From Takakia lepidozioides (taxonomy: Eukaryota > Plantae > Bryophyta), in contig CM060734.1 of the NCBI GenBank assembly GCA_030704615.1, positions 34,348,001 to 34,412,000 of the forward strand: a DNA stretch of 64,000 nt. Direction: 5' to 3'. Positions within the stretch are counted from its first letter, which is position 1, and each line of letters starts with the position of its first letter. Positions 1-13,367 of the stretch are shown here, piece after piece. The position numbers and the translations under genes were made by a program. The notes below the pieces were generated by a model. It made no database searches and was not told the origin of the DNA. It saw nothing but the letters and a program-made list of their open reading frames with translations.

Positions 1-479
1 ATGGAGCTGGTCGTATCGGCGAGGCATGATCCCGTCCCGTCGACTGTACAATGGGTTCGACACCATCGTTTGTATGAACAGGGTTGTGTACGTCGATCGG
101 TCCTGGCAGTACATCACCCCTAAGCTCCATTGGGGCACTACCGGTGGCTTCAGCGTGTAGTGGGGGGCGAGGGTCGACCTCAACTTCATTTTGAGGACCA
201 TGTTCTGGGGATGACACAATTGCAGCTTCATCTTCATCTGCGATACGTATTTCTTCTTCAAGAAGGTCATCAAAGGTCGGCTGGATATAAGCATCATCCT
301 CTGTGAATGTAAACGGGTCATACGCATTTTCGGGAGCATCATCGGATCCATCTTCACTATCGGAGGCAGGTGATTCCCTCTGAGATGATTCTCTCTGAGG
401 CTCAGTATCGTCACTCAGCAAATCAGCCTCAGAAGCAGAGTCTTCGGAATGCAAATTCCTCTCATAACATGCTGCAGCA

Positions 480-1700
480 TCATCCGCTGCCCTCTCACGT
501 AGCAGTCGGCAATTGGTATACACATACACCAATTTGTCAGCCCTCGCGGGATTCAACCTGTTGCGAACAAATGAGTAATTGCTCCAATTGCGTTTGTAAG
601 ATGAGGCAGAACACACTTGAGCAAGAATACACTTCGCAATGGGATCCAATGTTCTTGCTCCAGCTCCAATCAGATCCCACCATTCATGTGGCAGCTTATT
701 GAGCTCTTTTGGATCCGGCATGTCCTCAAAAGAATCGCGGCGATTTGAGAAGCATTGGTACTCGGATATAGCTCTCTCTGCATGGTTTGGCGGAGCCAGT
801 GACATGAGCATTCGCACGAGGCCGGCCTTGGCATCAGCGTCGTCTCGGAGCATGGTATTGTCGAGCAAGAATGGATTGAGCAAAGCCCCCGCATAATGCA
901 AGTCCGTTCAAACCATCGAACGATGGAGGTAAAATGCATCCTCAGCACTGTCTGCAAGTTCAGGTTTCAAAGAGAAGGGAGGATGCATCAAGGATTGGAC
1001 GTGCTTCTCAAGATTTTGCATTAGTAACCATGCCTTGCCCATTACTGGTTGCTTTCCATTAAATTCCTGCAAGACGATTAACACCGGCTCAACCATATAA
1101 ACAAAGTTTTCACATTTCTTCCAGAAATCATCGCTGCGAATGCTGTTTCGAACTTTTCGACTTTTGCCCAATGACTTGGCTTTTCTGGAGTCCCGCAATG
1201 TCCGTGTGTATGCATCCCATTGAGGATCGATGATGGTGTGCTCCAGACTGCTCTTTACCGTCACCAACCGATCCACCATCAAGAAGTTAGTGACAAAACG
1301 AGTTTCGTCTGGATTGCGGAGGCTGTATTTGGGTTCGTGCCTCCTATATATTGCCAAAGGGATGTGGTGTATGCGGATGAACGACATAACAGTCTTCGCT
1401 CGCTTGACAAGTTGTTTCACCCACTGTTCTTTTCCCCAATCTTTCAAAAGGAGGTCAAGGATATGAGCAGCACAACCTTGATAGTACATATGGGGATAAC
1501 GTGCGAACAACATGTCTGCAGTGTTTCTCATGTTAGCGGCATTGTCGTTGATGCTTCACGTCAGAGGCACCACAGTGCACATGAGATCTCATGTTGTGGC
1601 AAGTTGCACACGAGAGGGAGCATTATTGAGCAAGGAGGTCTGCAGCCACCACAGTAGCTCTTCATTGATAAGAAAGCCCTTGCATTTTTTTTTTAATCCA
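480..1700 (-). pseudogene. hAT-superfamily transposase relic (DUF659-type core and C-terminal dimerisation region), frameshifted
   Basis: ORF 908-1531 has CAAHILDLLLKDWGK and ETRFVTNFLMVDRL, typical of plant hAT transposases. An RNWSNYSF dimerisation-like motif reads on the minus strand near 560-590. Boundaries approximate. Confidence 0.85.
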
Positions 1701-2039
1701 TCAACCTCTGCATTATTATGTTTTTCTCTAAAGTAGTTTGTAATTTGTTGGGGATTTCTGAGCTTTGTTGGCTTCTGTTGCGGCAGATTGGACAAGGAAG
1801 GGAGTGTGTGTGAGCAGCCTATTCGACTAGGTAGCCATTGCTTTAGCCAGCGAATCTCCATCATGTTATTTAAATCAAGATAATCTCACAAGTTGCACAT
1901 TCTAATGTAGTATGTTTATGTCTTCTTATTGAATACTCAATGTTTGAATAAAAACAAACAAATCTTTGGGCATTGTAACCATTCTACAGGGAGACGCAGT
2001 CCACAACATGATATATCTAGAGCACTGCAAACTAGCAAC

Positions 2040-2350
2040 CTCTCAGCTGCTTGTGGAGGATCTTCATTATACCATGTGGAGGAAGTACGTGCTGATGCAG
2101 CAGATAACATGACCATAATTCAGATGAAGAGGAAGGATCAGTTTGATGAAGGTAAATTAAAGACTTTTAAGACGGGAGATTTGGTACTGTGGTTGTAGAA
2201 GAAGGGGAAGATTAAAGCTTCTAAGCTTAAATCACCATGGAAATGACCTTATGTCATACAGAAGATGTATGATAAAAACACCACCATGTTACAAACCATT
2301 AACAAAGAAATGCTGGGAAGAGTCAATGCCAATAAGTTGAAGGGATACAG
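2040..2350 (+). pseudogene. Gypsy integrase C-terminal GPY/F region with in-frame stops
   Basis: Translates as FKTGDLVLWL*KKGKIKASKLKSPWK*PYVIQKMY...GRVNANKLKGY. Confidence 0.75.
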
Positions 2351-2497
2351 TGGTATCCATGACAAACCATTGCAACACGATTTGCATGTTGAAACACAAA
2401 AACAGTCACGGGCTGCACCGGTGATATCAACGGAGTATGGAACACTTGTCGCTAAACCGAGCGTGTGAGACCAGGGCGGGAAGTACAGGTGTTCGCA

Positions 2498-2625
2498 TAG
2501 CTATCACAGCCCATCACAGTGTCACACAGCCTATCACAGCCCATCACAGTGTCACACAACCTATCACAGTTCACCACAGTCTGACACAGCCCAACACAGC
2601 CCATGCGGGTTACACAGTCCATAGG
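2498..2625 (+). repeat. Short tandem (t)cacagc-type repeat, also present inside the LTR (~6560-6730 and ~48450-48560)
   Basis: Repeated atcacagcccatcacagtgtcacacagc units seen directly. Confidence 0.85.
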
Positions 2626-2937
2626 GTTAGTGACAGGTAGACACGGGTTAACGTCAGAAAAGTGGCCGTCAAGTGAAAGAGAAGTTTGGAAGTCAAACTC
2701 GGAGAATGTGTCACGCGGACAGGGGCAATCGGAGGCATGTCTAAAAACGAACACGTGGCCACTAGGGCGAAGCACACCGCTGTGCATATATTGCAAAAGT
2801 GGGTATCATCATGCAAGAGGACAAATCAGGCCATCAAAGTACCTACCCGGTACATCAGCCAAAACTATTTGTGGGCCCATTAATGCATTCAGGGTAGGGG
2901 TAACGGAACCCTTTCCGAGTACAGAAAAGAGGGACTT

Positions 2938-5900
2938 TTGCTACATGTACTGTCATATTGGACATTCCAGGTGGGAATGTCCACGGAGGGGGTAGAATTA
3001 AAAAATTACCTAAGCAGGCAACAACCAATCAGGAGCGAGAATTTCATGCAGGTGGTTCCCTCCAAGAAACAAGAACAAGAAATTGGAAGGGTTATGAGCG
3101 GAAGAGTCGGGGTGGCTCTGAATAGCCAGTGTCTCGACGGGAGGGGCAATCAAAGCTATAGCTTTGTAGCTATGGCGGATATAACGGATTACATGCTCGC
3201 TTTACTTCTCACGCAATGGCGCAAGGACGGACGAATTGAGAGTACATTCTCTCTCACTCGATACTTGCAAGCCCCACAGGCTTACACGCACTTACCTGTT
3301 CCATTATGTGCCAACCATACATTTATGCTTTCTGCCCTGCAAGCTTTCCTTCAGCTGTTTCAAACAAGGCCTTTTTGTTTGTCTAGAATGAAGAGAGTGA
3401 GGGGAATGGAGGATATCAGGGTGAAGAGCACCACGATTCTGCAGAAGCAAACAATTGCTACACCGCAGGCAGTGCAGCTACTGAGGGAGTTGCGATTGGA
3501 AGGGCTGCTACGCAAGGACTGGTCTTTGCATCATTGGCAGTATATGATTCAATTTCTTCAGAACTTTGAGCCTCGGACGGGAGTTACCCAGGTGAGGGGA
3601 GCAGATATAAAAATTACTCCCCAGTACTTGCAACAATTTTTTGATTTGCCACCGGGTCATGTGGATGTGGATGAGCACAAGGCAAGATTGCAGATAGGGG
3701 ATTTGTTCCAAGAAGGAAGTTTCTGTAAGACTCAAGGTTACGCTTGTACCAAAGCCGAGTACCCAGGGCTCAGAGAAGTTGGCCAAATATTGAACGTTCT
3801 GTTTGCCATGAAACAAAACCAACAATATTTGAGTAGGTCATTCACAGAGGAGATCCTGAAAGCTTTGAGGGGCGAGGATGTAGCTTGGGCAGAGTTAATG
3901 TACAATGGTCTAGTGGAAGAGATGAAGAGGTTACAGGGCACTGCTGCTAAATCTCCGATCATTGTGTCTGGTCCAGTCATTGCCCAAATCATTCTTGACT
4001 CTTGCATACTTGATACTCGGGAACGTAAGGAGATGAGAGTGTTTGAGGCAGTAACCACTGCAATTGAAGAGCAGGGCTCTTCACATAGTGAGGGTGGACT
4101 GGCAGGGCAACACCAGTCTAAGAGACAGAAGCGGGGTATGACTGTAGTGGCGGATCCACTGGCTTCACGGAAACCGCAAGATGATGTTTCCTAAGCTCTT
4201 GTGTAGGATAGGGCACAGCAGCACAGAGGGCTGTTATTATTCGAAGCACGGCCTTCGAAGAGGGAAGAAGAAGTCACTTCGGTACCACAACCATCACAGC
4301 CAGTTGTCTCAATTGTCTCAGAGGTTCCACAGTTAGAACATGTCGTGACACCAGAGCCTATTGCTCTGGACGGAGAAAGGTTGGACATTCCCACTACAGA
4401 GCAGGTCGTAGCAGAATTTGAGAAGGGTGACCTTCTCTATGAAAACTCTGGCTTGGTAAGGGAATCAGTGGTTCCAGAGATGCAGAGTTTGTCTAGGGAA
4501 ATCCCTGCTGTGCATGTAATAACCACACCTGTGGCGGAACTACCAGGGGTAGAATATAAGGACATTGCAGCACCTTTGGAGGATGAGGGGGTTCAGGAAG
4601 AGGATCTGGTGGGACAATGGCCTGAATGGTTGGTGAAACATCACACTGTGGAGGATCAGGGAGAACAGCAACAAGTTCACCATGAAGACCCACAGCAGGC
4701 CATGCTTATGAGTTCCATAAGCAGGACACTCAATTTGTTGGGCACTTATGTGAAATCCCATGTTCCATCTACACAATTGGTAGCTTTGAGGGAGGAACTC
4801 AGGAAGGAGTTTGAGACTAGACTTGCCACCGAGTGTGCAAACAAGGTGGATGTGGAGGCCAACCTTAAGTTGCAAAAAGAATTGGAGGACACAAAGGTTG
4901 CTTTGCAGATGGCTGAGGGGAATTTGATTGAAGCAGGTCTCGAGGAGGAGAAGTTGCATGAAGCACATAAGCAACAGTTATACCAATTGCAGGTGAAGCT
5001 TGAGGGCAAGTTGCAGGAAGTGAACGTGCTACATACAGAGTTGGAGGTAGTTCATCAGAGAATGACCATACAGTGTGCCACACTAACTACTGCTCTGGAG
5101 CAAACTGTATCAGAAGTTAACAGACAAGGGGAGAGATGTATGATGGCAGAAGCTGAGATAATAGAGCAAGGGAAACTCATTGTTGATTTGAAGGCTACAA
5201 TCTGTCGCAATGAGAATACTTTCCAACAATACAGTCAGGTTGAGACTGACCATGAGAGGTACATCCTGGAGTTGCAGCAAACACTCATGGTCAATAGAAA
5301 TGAACTCTCTCTGGCTAACAAGGCTTGGAAGGAAGCCAATAATCTGGTTGCTGCCTATGCCGGCCTGGTTGAACCTCATGCGAAGCGCATGAAGGCTTTA
5401 CACCAGGAGTTAGATGTGTACAGACTCAAGGAGGAGCAGACTCTCAGGGGTGCCACACAAGACTTGGTGGATAATCACCTTATGCAAGTATGGTTAGCAC
5501 AAGGGCCGGTAGAAGGCAAAGCACCAAGGAAGCTCACCCAGGGTGAGATGAGTGATCTCATATTGCAGGTGCAGAACATTGCCACAATTACTATAGACAA
5601 TGTCTATAGTAGGATAGCAGAGTTATAGGATGATGTGGAAGGCCTGCAGACTCAAGTGGATGACCTGAGTTCAAATATTGACAAAAGAGTCTTTGTTCCT
5701 GAGGAGCAGCTGATGGCTACTTATTTGCATGCCAAGACTCTAATTTTTCAGTCTTTTTCGCAGGGGGTGCAGGAGATGCCAGTGGTAGAAGTGCCAGTGG
5801 TGCCAATACCACAGCAGGTGCCTGTGCAGGTAGCTGATCTTGTTGCTACTACAGCAAAACCACAGCCTGAGGTATGGGGGGATGCTGCTTTTCACCCACC

Positions 5901-6384
5901 TAGGACTCATGCTGCACTAGAGTACAGTCGGGCAATGATTACGCCCTTCAACCAAATTCCCATTGTGATGGATTTGGCTTGGAAGGAATTTAGTCCTCCG
6001 CAGTCGTTGGCACATTATTACCAGATCATGCGCATTTGGTTGCCAGTGGCAACTCGGACTAAGGTTCTTCCGAACAATCGACCCATTGAGGATCATCACT
6101 TTGCAAGGTACTGGTCTGAGGCAGGCACCATGCTGAAGGACTTAATTGCCTTCCAGGTTGTACATGGGTACATCTACACCAAGACCAAGGAGGTATCTTG
6201 TATTGTCATGGGCTCTGGATTATACTATGCTGCTTGTTTCATGGCACGTCATCACATTGTACTCAATCGCCTCCATCAGCCAGTGACAGGGCTCGGGCTC
6301 GCACACGGAGTCCTTCACGAGACTCTCACCGTCAGAAGGGTGCTCGCTCACAAAGGTTTGCTGATCCTAAACAGTAAACCGTGA
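2938..6384 (+). pseudogene. Large extra ORF downstream of pol: Athila-ORF-like N-terminus plus long coiled coil, broken by in-frame stops
   Basis: ORFs 2938-4194, 4345-5628 and 5635-6384 share one frame and are separated only by TAA/TAG codons. The motif QFLQNF...QVRGADIKITPQYLQQFFDLP resembles Athila/Tat accessory ORFs; E/L/Q-rich heptads follow. Confidence 0.65.
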
Positions 6385-6415
6385 GGACACGGCTTTTTGA
6401 GAGGGGGAGGGGTAA

Positions 6416-7361
6416 TGTTAGAGGGCTGATTGGGACTTAGACGCTTTTACGGGTTCTGTGGGGTACCCCTAATTTTTGTACAGACTTACGGATGGTAGAC
6501 TGAGACCAACATGAGCCTTAGGGGTGGCAGGCGCAGGCTTTAGGGAGGGTAGACAACCAGATACAGCTTCGCACAGCCGGTCACAGTCCGTCACAGTCTA
6601 TCATAGCCAGACACAGCCCGACACAGTTAGACACAACTTCGCACAACCAGTCACAGCCCGACACAGCTTTACACAGCCAGTCACAGCTCAGTACAGTCAC
6701 AGCTCGGCACAGCTTGACACAGCCTGTCACAGCGTACATGGGGAACAATTATCATTGACAGGGAACAACTGTGTGGGAACGACATCTGCAGAGGGAACGT
6801 GTTACTTCAGGGGTGACGGTTAGTTAGTGAGGTGGTTAGAACTGCTTGCGGGTAGATTAGGCATGGGCGGCAACAGGAAGGGAATCACTTCTTGAGGAGC
6901 GCGACGTGGTCAGGGGAGGAGGAGACGAAACGGAGAGCGGAAACAATGAAGAGGAGATGATGACTTGATTGAGGCTGAATTCATGCAAGCTGTAGAATCA
7001 TACAGTAGGGTAGATTAGGGACATCATGGCATAGGCCTGATACTTGATTAATCTTAATTTGATACTTAATCGATACAAACATATTGTGTAGAGAGACATG
7101 AGAGAAGTTGTGGAATGAATGAATGATTGATTGGAACTTGGTAGATACTAAAGCAATCTGATGTTTCAGTATACACAGTAAGGTAAATTGAGAACATGAA
7201 GGCAAGAAGGAATACAAATAGGAAGCACAACCATGATTCACTAGCTATAGGTTATGACTGATTGTTCTGAGCGGGCTGAGTGCTTAGAGATATCCAACTC
7301 TTCTATCTTGGAGTTTCCACCTCGGATAGCGAAGAGATGGGTGAGTAAAAGCCGCTCGACA
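6416..7361 (+). repeat. 3' LTR of family X
   Basis: Starts tgttagag right after the PPT and ends gctcgaca; homologous to 48321-49172. Confidence 0.9.
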
Positions 7362-8434
7362 CCACATCGCACACACCAACCTATTTTGCTAATACACCCT
7401 ATACCAAACCCTCCAGACCCTAAGCCTCTTAACCTCCTCTCCATCCTCGCTAAAGGAGCCACTCAGCAAGCTAGGGCATTTATGAGCCACACCAAACTCC
7501 ACATTAAAAAATGGACACTCTCCACTATACTTCAGAGCATGATGTCAGGGCATAGTCTAGCCAGGCAGGTGCAGAGAGAGCGTGTGCATAGGCATGAAAG
7601 TAACCATGGTGGGACAGTATGGTCTGGAGGTTTACCTTAATAAGTGTCGGCATTGATGAGTAAGAACCACTGAGTTTCGGGGCGTTGCATAAAGAGTTTG
7701 TGGATGTGTCAGACTGTCTGGTTATGACGGGTAATATGCAGTCCATGTATGACCGGGTGGGTACATTGGCTCAGAAGATGCGGCCATGTGTCTCTAACCT
7801 AGTGAGTGTGTGCGCATAGGGGGCAGTTTGGTGAAGGGAATAGGTGCGGCCAGAAGACGTGTTTGCGTTGATGGCACTGTTGAACGCAATTTTCCACTTT
7901 ACTATGGTCTGTTCATCTCCTTCACTCTCTCTTTCCATAAATTCTACACTTCATGCATACAACAACTGGATAAACATACCACAAATTACAGATGTTGCAG
8001 AAGATACTGAAGACACTTGCGGTGGCCAATGCCATCCTTCAAGCAAGGCTGGTTATGAATAGTACTCATGTTCATCCACAGCCTGTGTCTGACCAGACTC
8101 TATTCCTCCACCATTCCACCAGGATCTTGACTGGAAAATTCACAAGGGCGCGCGTGAATGTTCACAGCAGCCCAATGTGCTGAACCTCGTATCTTTGTAG
8201 CTAACTCTGCTTACACCCCAGGATGGCTTGGCCAGTTCTCAATCACAATCACCAACCTTGCAGTCTTATGTCTCGAGTCTGGTGATCTAGAACTTCTCTG
8301 TGAAACAGGCATACAGGCAGCTCAGCAGACAGTCCTTAACCGTAGCACAACCAGCGCTAACGAGCATGGCTTCAGACAACAAGCAAGAACACTGAAGAAA
8401 CCAACATCGATATTGTTCTAGACCAATCCACTAA

Positions 8435-8970
8435 GGCCCCCGCCGCACCATCCTGCTGCACTCCTACTAATTACTGCTACATAGAAAATTGCTGCCGCAC
8501 TGATATGTTTAAAATGTTTTAGCCATAACTATAGTTATCTATCCTAAAAACTTCCTTCCTACTTTAGAGCGAATCTAGCACTACTACCCCCCCCCCCCCT
8601 TCCCCCCAGTGCTAAATCTAAACAGGCGCGCCGTTTTTGGGCAGTTGCCCGTGCCATTCTCTACCATTGCCATTCACATTCGCCATTGAAAGCCTCGAGT
8701 AATGTGCAACATTGTGCTCCTGGCTCGTGATCTTGTCTCGTCGTTGCTCCTTTGGCTATGGCGAAAAGGAAGGAGGCGCGAGAAAATGGTGAGAGGAAGT
8801 CAGGCAGGGGCAGGCGAACGTATGTTTAAAACTAACAATATGCACTTAATACGTGTTAAGCTAAAATGTTGGTGCCGCAGGGATATTGTTAGTTGGAGCA
8901 GCTGTTATGAAAACGGGCCTGCTAACCGTTAGCAGGTGTTCTACGCTAACAGCCCGGTGCGGCGGGGGCC
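8435..8970. mobile_element. MITE, PIF/Harbinger (Tourist)-like
   Basis: Perfect 15-bp TIR ggcccccgccgcacc (8435-8449) / ggtgcggcgggggcc (8956-8970), flanked by taa / caa. Confidence 0.8.
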
Positions 8971-9097
8971 CAATGGGAACTGCTACCTGTGCCCGCTAGA
9001 CAAACAGCTTAAATGTCATTATTAAATCAAAGCACTGAATTCAGGGAATTCCAGCCCACACTGATGCCCGCATAGGAAAAAGTGCAATATCATAGTA

Positions 9098-9600
9098 GAG
9101 AGAGAGAGAAGACTCCGGCCAAAGCCGGCGTAACTAAGAGCCACTTCGCCTTGCGGCTACTGCCTTCTTTCGGGGGTGGGCCCTATACATAATGCGGGTG
9201 TCCAAGGGACACCAGGAACCAAGGGTGGAGGATACCCAAGGTATGTGGGGTGTCTGTGGGAGTTTAGGGAGCCAGGAGGGGGTTGGACTCTGTTCTTCGC
9301 TTGTTCGTAATGATAGCTGTGAGAGAACGGAGGGCTGTGAGGTGAATATCTTTGAAGCATTTATGGATAGGGAATATCGGGATATAGAAGTTATCGTGTA
9401 GTGCTGTTATATTAGCATTACGGATACCACCTCGGGTGCCGGCCGTAATAACATAGAGGGGGGGGGTATTCCAGCCCCTATGACAGAGAGCAAGGATAAG
9501 TGGGGCATATTTTTGCCGTTTTTTCAAAATAGAGGAGGAGGGTATCGATCATGGCAATATGTGAATTCGATGAAATAGATGGTGATATGAGGGGAGGGGG
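9098..9600 (-). mobile_element. 3' fragment of a non-LTR retrotransposon with a restriction-like endonuclease (Dualen/RLE type) and a (TC)n tail
   Basis: KKRQKYAPLILALCHRGWNTPPLYVITAGTRGGI fits the RLE C-terminal K..KY..L...GW...G.RG pattern. The 3' end is homologous to 16097-16177. 5' boundary approximate. Confidence 0.7.
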
Positions 9601-10304
9601 AGGAGGGCGGCTGAGTATTGATGGGAAACTATCCAACTATTTCTGGCTCTCCAAAGCTACGACTGAAGCTCAAATTAAACAAACGCTTAAATTTCGCTAC
9701 GCCCAATACACAATAAGACTCCTCAATAGGAATACAGTTAATTCAAAGTTACAAAGTTTTCTTCTATTTCTGGCATGCAGCTCAAGCAACGAGCCTAGAC
9801 GGGCTGTGGCCCAGGAGTTCTTCTCATATCATTTAGAGTGTTGGGAAACAGGTTTGAAAAGGTGAGGCTCCAAGAACGTAAGAAAGGGAAGCATTGTGAT
9901 GAAGCTGGCATGATGACGTCTTGGGTGACCTTCGCCTGGAGGTACATGGGCAGATGGACATCACAACCAACACAAGATTGTGCTCGACCTTGGATCAGGG
10001 ATGTTAGCTCTACTTTCACAAAGGGAGGGTGTGACCCACTGTCAATCCCAAAGGTTCCCTTGAGCGCTTTTGTCTGAAGTCCCGTGTGCTTGGACTTACG
10101 TGTGGAAACCAAGCTTGGCCAATTGAGCGGCCAAACGTTGGACAAAAAGACAAGGCTCTAAACATCTCCCAAACAAATGAACCATTTTCAGACCCTGTTG
10201 GTATGTTTCAGGAACCCGTTGCTGATGGAGCGATCTTCTTAGATATGGTAGTGAATTTGACTGTAAAGGTTCGTAACTAATAAGAGTGTGGTTGAATCAG
10301 GCAC

Positions 10305-11145
10305 AGCCTCTGATTGGACGTGAAACTGGCTACCGGCGTCAAATGCGGGAGTGTAAAGGATGCACGACAAGTTTTCGACAAGATGGCCAAACGAGATGTG
10401 GTCTCAGGGAGTGCGATGTCTCATGGATGTGGCTGGAAAGCTTTCAAGCTGTATGAGCAAATGCACCATGAAGGACTGACTGCCAACAGTGCCACATTTG
10501 TTTCTATTCTCAATGCGCGTGCCAGCCTAAGGGCAGAGAGATTCATGCTGAATCGACAAAGCTTGAAATTGTGCCAGATATCATTCTGGATACGGCCCTT
10601 GCGGCCATGTATGCCAAATGCTGGAGCATGAAAGATGCACATCAAGGTTTTGACAATACGGTTAAAAGAAATGTGGTCTCCTGGAGTGTGATGATCGGAG
10701 GATGTGCCCAGAATGGGTGTTGTACAGAGGCCGTGCATCCATTTAAACACATGCAGCAGGAAGGCTCGAAACCAAATGGTGTCAAATTCCTCTCTCTTCT
10801 CTCTGCATGTAGCCATGTCGGCCTAGTGAATGAAGGCCTCCGGTGCTTCAATCTCATGAGTCGAGATCATGGCCTCACTCCTACTGTGGAGCATTATGGC
10901 TGTATGTTCGACCTTTGTTGGTCGTGCAGGTCGATTGGATGAGGAACAGGCTTGATAAACAAAATGGCAATCGAACCAGACGTTAGGTTGTGGAGGGCCT
11001 TGCTTGGCGCCTGTCAAATGTAGTATGGTGCTGTTGAGATAGCAGACGTGCTGCTAAACTCATCCTCGAGGGGGATCCACAGCATGTTGGAGCTTATGTG
11101 CTCCTTTCAAATTTCTATGCTGCAGCGGGTAGGTGGGAGGAAAAG
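10305..11145 (+). pseudogene. PLS-class PPR gene remnant with E domain
   Basis: Motifs KCGSVKDARQVFDKM, RNVVSWSVMIGG, FLSLLSACSHVGLVNEG, VEHYGCM, WRALLGAC and YVLLSNFYAAAGRW; frameshifted. Confidence 0.9.
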
Positions 11146-11689
11146 CAATAGTCAAATGCCAGACTGCATTTAATTTGTTAAAAGAAGAACTGGTCGTCCT
11201 TTTGAGCAATTTGTGTTTGCATGTGTAGAGAACATAACTGGGCACTGTTGTTGGTGAGTGCCAGTACCTATTTGTGTGGTAAGGTAGCTTGGGATTACTG
11301 CATACTTCGGGGTTTTCCAGTCTGTATGAGCTAGAGTTGGGACGTTGAAGTGAGGGAAGGGAGGAGGGAAAGGAGTTCAACCATGTCGGGTGCACCGTCG
11401 AATAATGTTCAAATTATGGCCTTCAATATGGTGAACCAATTTTGCACATATAATATGAGGTGTACCTGATCTGTTTGGTGTTGAATTGTCATGTATACTA
11501 TGTGCTCTCTCTCTCTCTCTTGGTGAGTTGTTCAAACTGGCAAGGGCAAAGCTCTGGGGCTCACTAAATTTTTCCACTGCAGAGGGGTCAACTCTGAGGT
11601 TAAGAAAACCATGCTTTGTCGCGTTATTAGACCTGCCTTGGAGTAAGGATCTGCAATATGGGTTGATAACTCCAACCAGGCTAAGTCTC

Positions 11690-12600
11690 TAGAATCCATT
11701 CAAGTGGGGGTGCTTAAGGAGTGTATGTCGGCATGCTCCAAAACAGCCAATGTGGCTGTTCCGGGTGAGTTTGGCATTCCGTCCTTAAGCTCCCGTCGAG
11801 ATGAATTCAAGGTCAGATGGTGCAACATATGTCCAACACCAGATATCCTAAGTTAATCGACTCTATATCTTGGAAAAAGGACCGCCCTGTCAAACAGGCT
11901 AAGTCCTGGCAGAAGAGAGTAGAAGAGATTCTCAAGGACCTGGACCTGGATCCGCAAGTCTTGACCCTGCTGGATAAATCTGACTTAGAGGCTGTAGTGT
12001 CCAAAGCCATGTCTGTTGCCATGAGATTGTCTGATGAAAATGAAGTTGGGCAGAAAACTTCCCTGAACTTGTTTCCAGTCAGTGACATGGGGGAGGACAT
12101 CTTAGATGACCTAAAGGGTCTACCCACTCTCGGCACTAGACTGAAAATTAAACTCAGGGCAGGAAGCCTACCGTTGAACAGCAAACAGAAGCAGAGAGGA
12201 AAGGGAGAGTGCAATTGCCCGTTGTGTGGGCAATCTGAAGACAGAATTCATTTTCTGATACACTGTCCGGGGTTCTCTCACCAAAGAGACGCTCTCTTCA
12301 AATGTATTAAGGGAATTGTGCCTGTACCCTGTTTACGTCTCGAGGCTGAGCCAAAAGCCCAGGCCCTCCTGAGGCCTAGTTTTTGGGCAAATTACACACA
12401 GCAGATTGATGCTTGTGTGAAGGGATTTCTAGAGGATATCTGGAAAACCCGGATTAATTCTTTATATGGAGGTAAGTCTTACTACCAACGTCAGCCCCTG
12501 ACAGAGGTAGGTTCTGTCCCTTTTGTTCCCGCTCAAACTGGGCGCGGGGTCAATGGCCACAAGGCTACGGCAAACAACGTCTTATGAATACAATCTCTCT
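11690..12600 (+). mobile_element. 5'-truncated LINE, 3' end of ORF2 with C-terminal zinc-binding motif
   Basis: ORF 11817-12587 has KLRAGSLPL...CPLCGQSEDRIHFLIHCP; short tctctc tail after the stop. Confidence 0.75.
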
Positions 12601-13270
12601 CGTGGTGATGTTGTGAAGTTGTAAGATCGAACCAGGAAGGTTGATGCCCTCCCTCTCGTAATATACACCATCACCACCCTCACCCCTCTAGCAAGAACCC
12701 CCCCATCGACGATCTTATCTCAATATAATTTGCAAACAATTTTCAAAACCCGTTGAAGAAAAGTCAGTGGAACAAGCAGGAAGCTGAGCAAAGCGATCGT
12801 ACCAAACAGGAATTTGAAAGGCAGGATTGCAAAATTTATGTTTGCAAACATATTGCCACAGATTCAGAAATGACGCTTGAAAACTGGTCCGAAATTGAAA
12901 ATTTGCTTAAACTTTGTCCGATTAGCTCCTCTCCGCTTTCTCTATTTGCTTTCTCTTTCTGGCCAAAACATGAGATGGCAGATCAGATCTGTGAACCTTA
13001 TCAACTTAGAGATCTCAAACTGAAAACTAGGAGGACCCTTCGCAGTGTGAGGAGCAGCATTATATGTGCAGATTTCTTGTAGTTGGTGATGGACATTGGT
13101 GATGGCCCTGAGCGCTGGGAAAACTGAGTCAGGATGCCGGTAGCGCTTGTGCAGGCTGTGCCAATGAGCATTGCTAGGCATGAGCTCCTGCACACACATA
13201 GCTGCGCACAGCGTCGGCCCAAGGTTCCGCCTCGCACACGCCCAACTGCGTCCCTTGCTCCTCGAGCTAG

Positions 13271-13367
13271 ATGCGTGGAGAGCCGTAGACTTGGTGAACT
13301 CGTACACTGTCATCTGCGTCTCCGGGACGAGTGTTCGAGTTCACCAAGTCCACGGTTCTCCCCGCAT
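13271..13367. other. Isolated 38-bp-stem hairpin, pre-miRNA-like
   Basis: atgcgtggagagccgtagacttggtgaactcgtacact pairs with agtgttcgagttcaccaagtccacggttctccccgcat (3 mismatches, 1 G:U). Confidence 0.6.

Larger units (their letters stand above)
1990..7361 (+). mobile_element. 5'-truncated Ty3/Gypsy LTR retrotransposon, Athila/Tat-like (family X): integrase C-terminus, large extra ORF, PPT, 3' LTR
   Basis: Integrase tail at ~2040-2350, PPT gagagggggaggggtaa at 6399-6415, then a TG...CA LTR at 6416-7361 whose homologue recurs at 48321-49172. Left boundary approximate. Confidence 0.8.

Noticed and set aside
7400-8420. Possible host gene exons (also 9850-10260 and 62320-62600)
   Set aside because: No recognisable protein motif; short broken frames only
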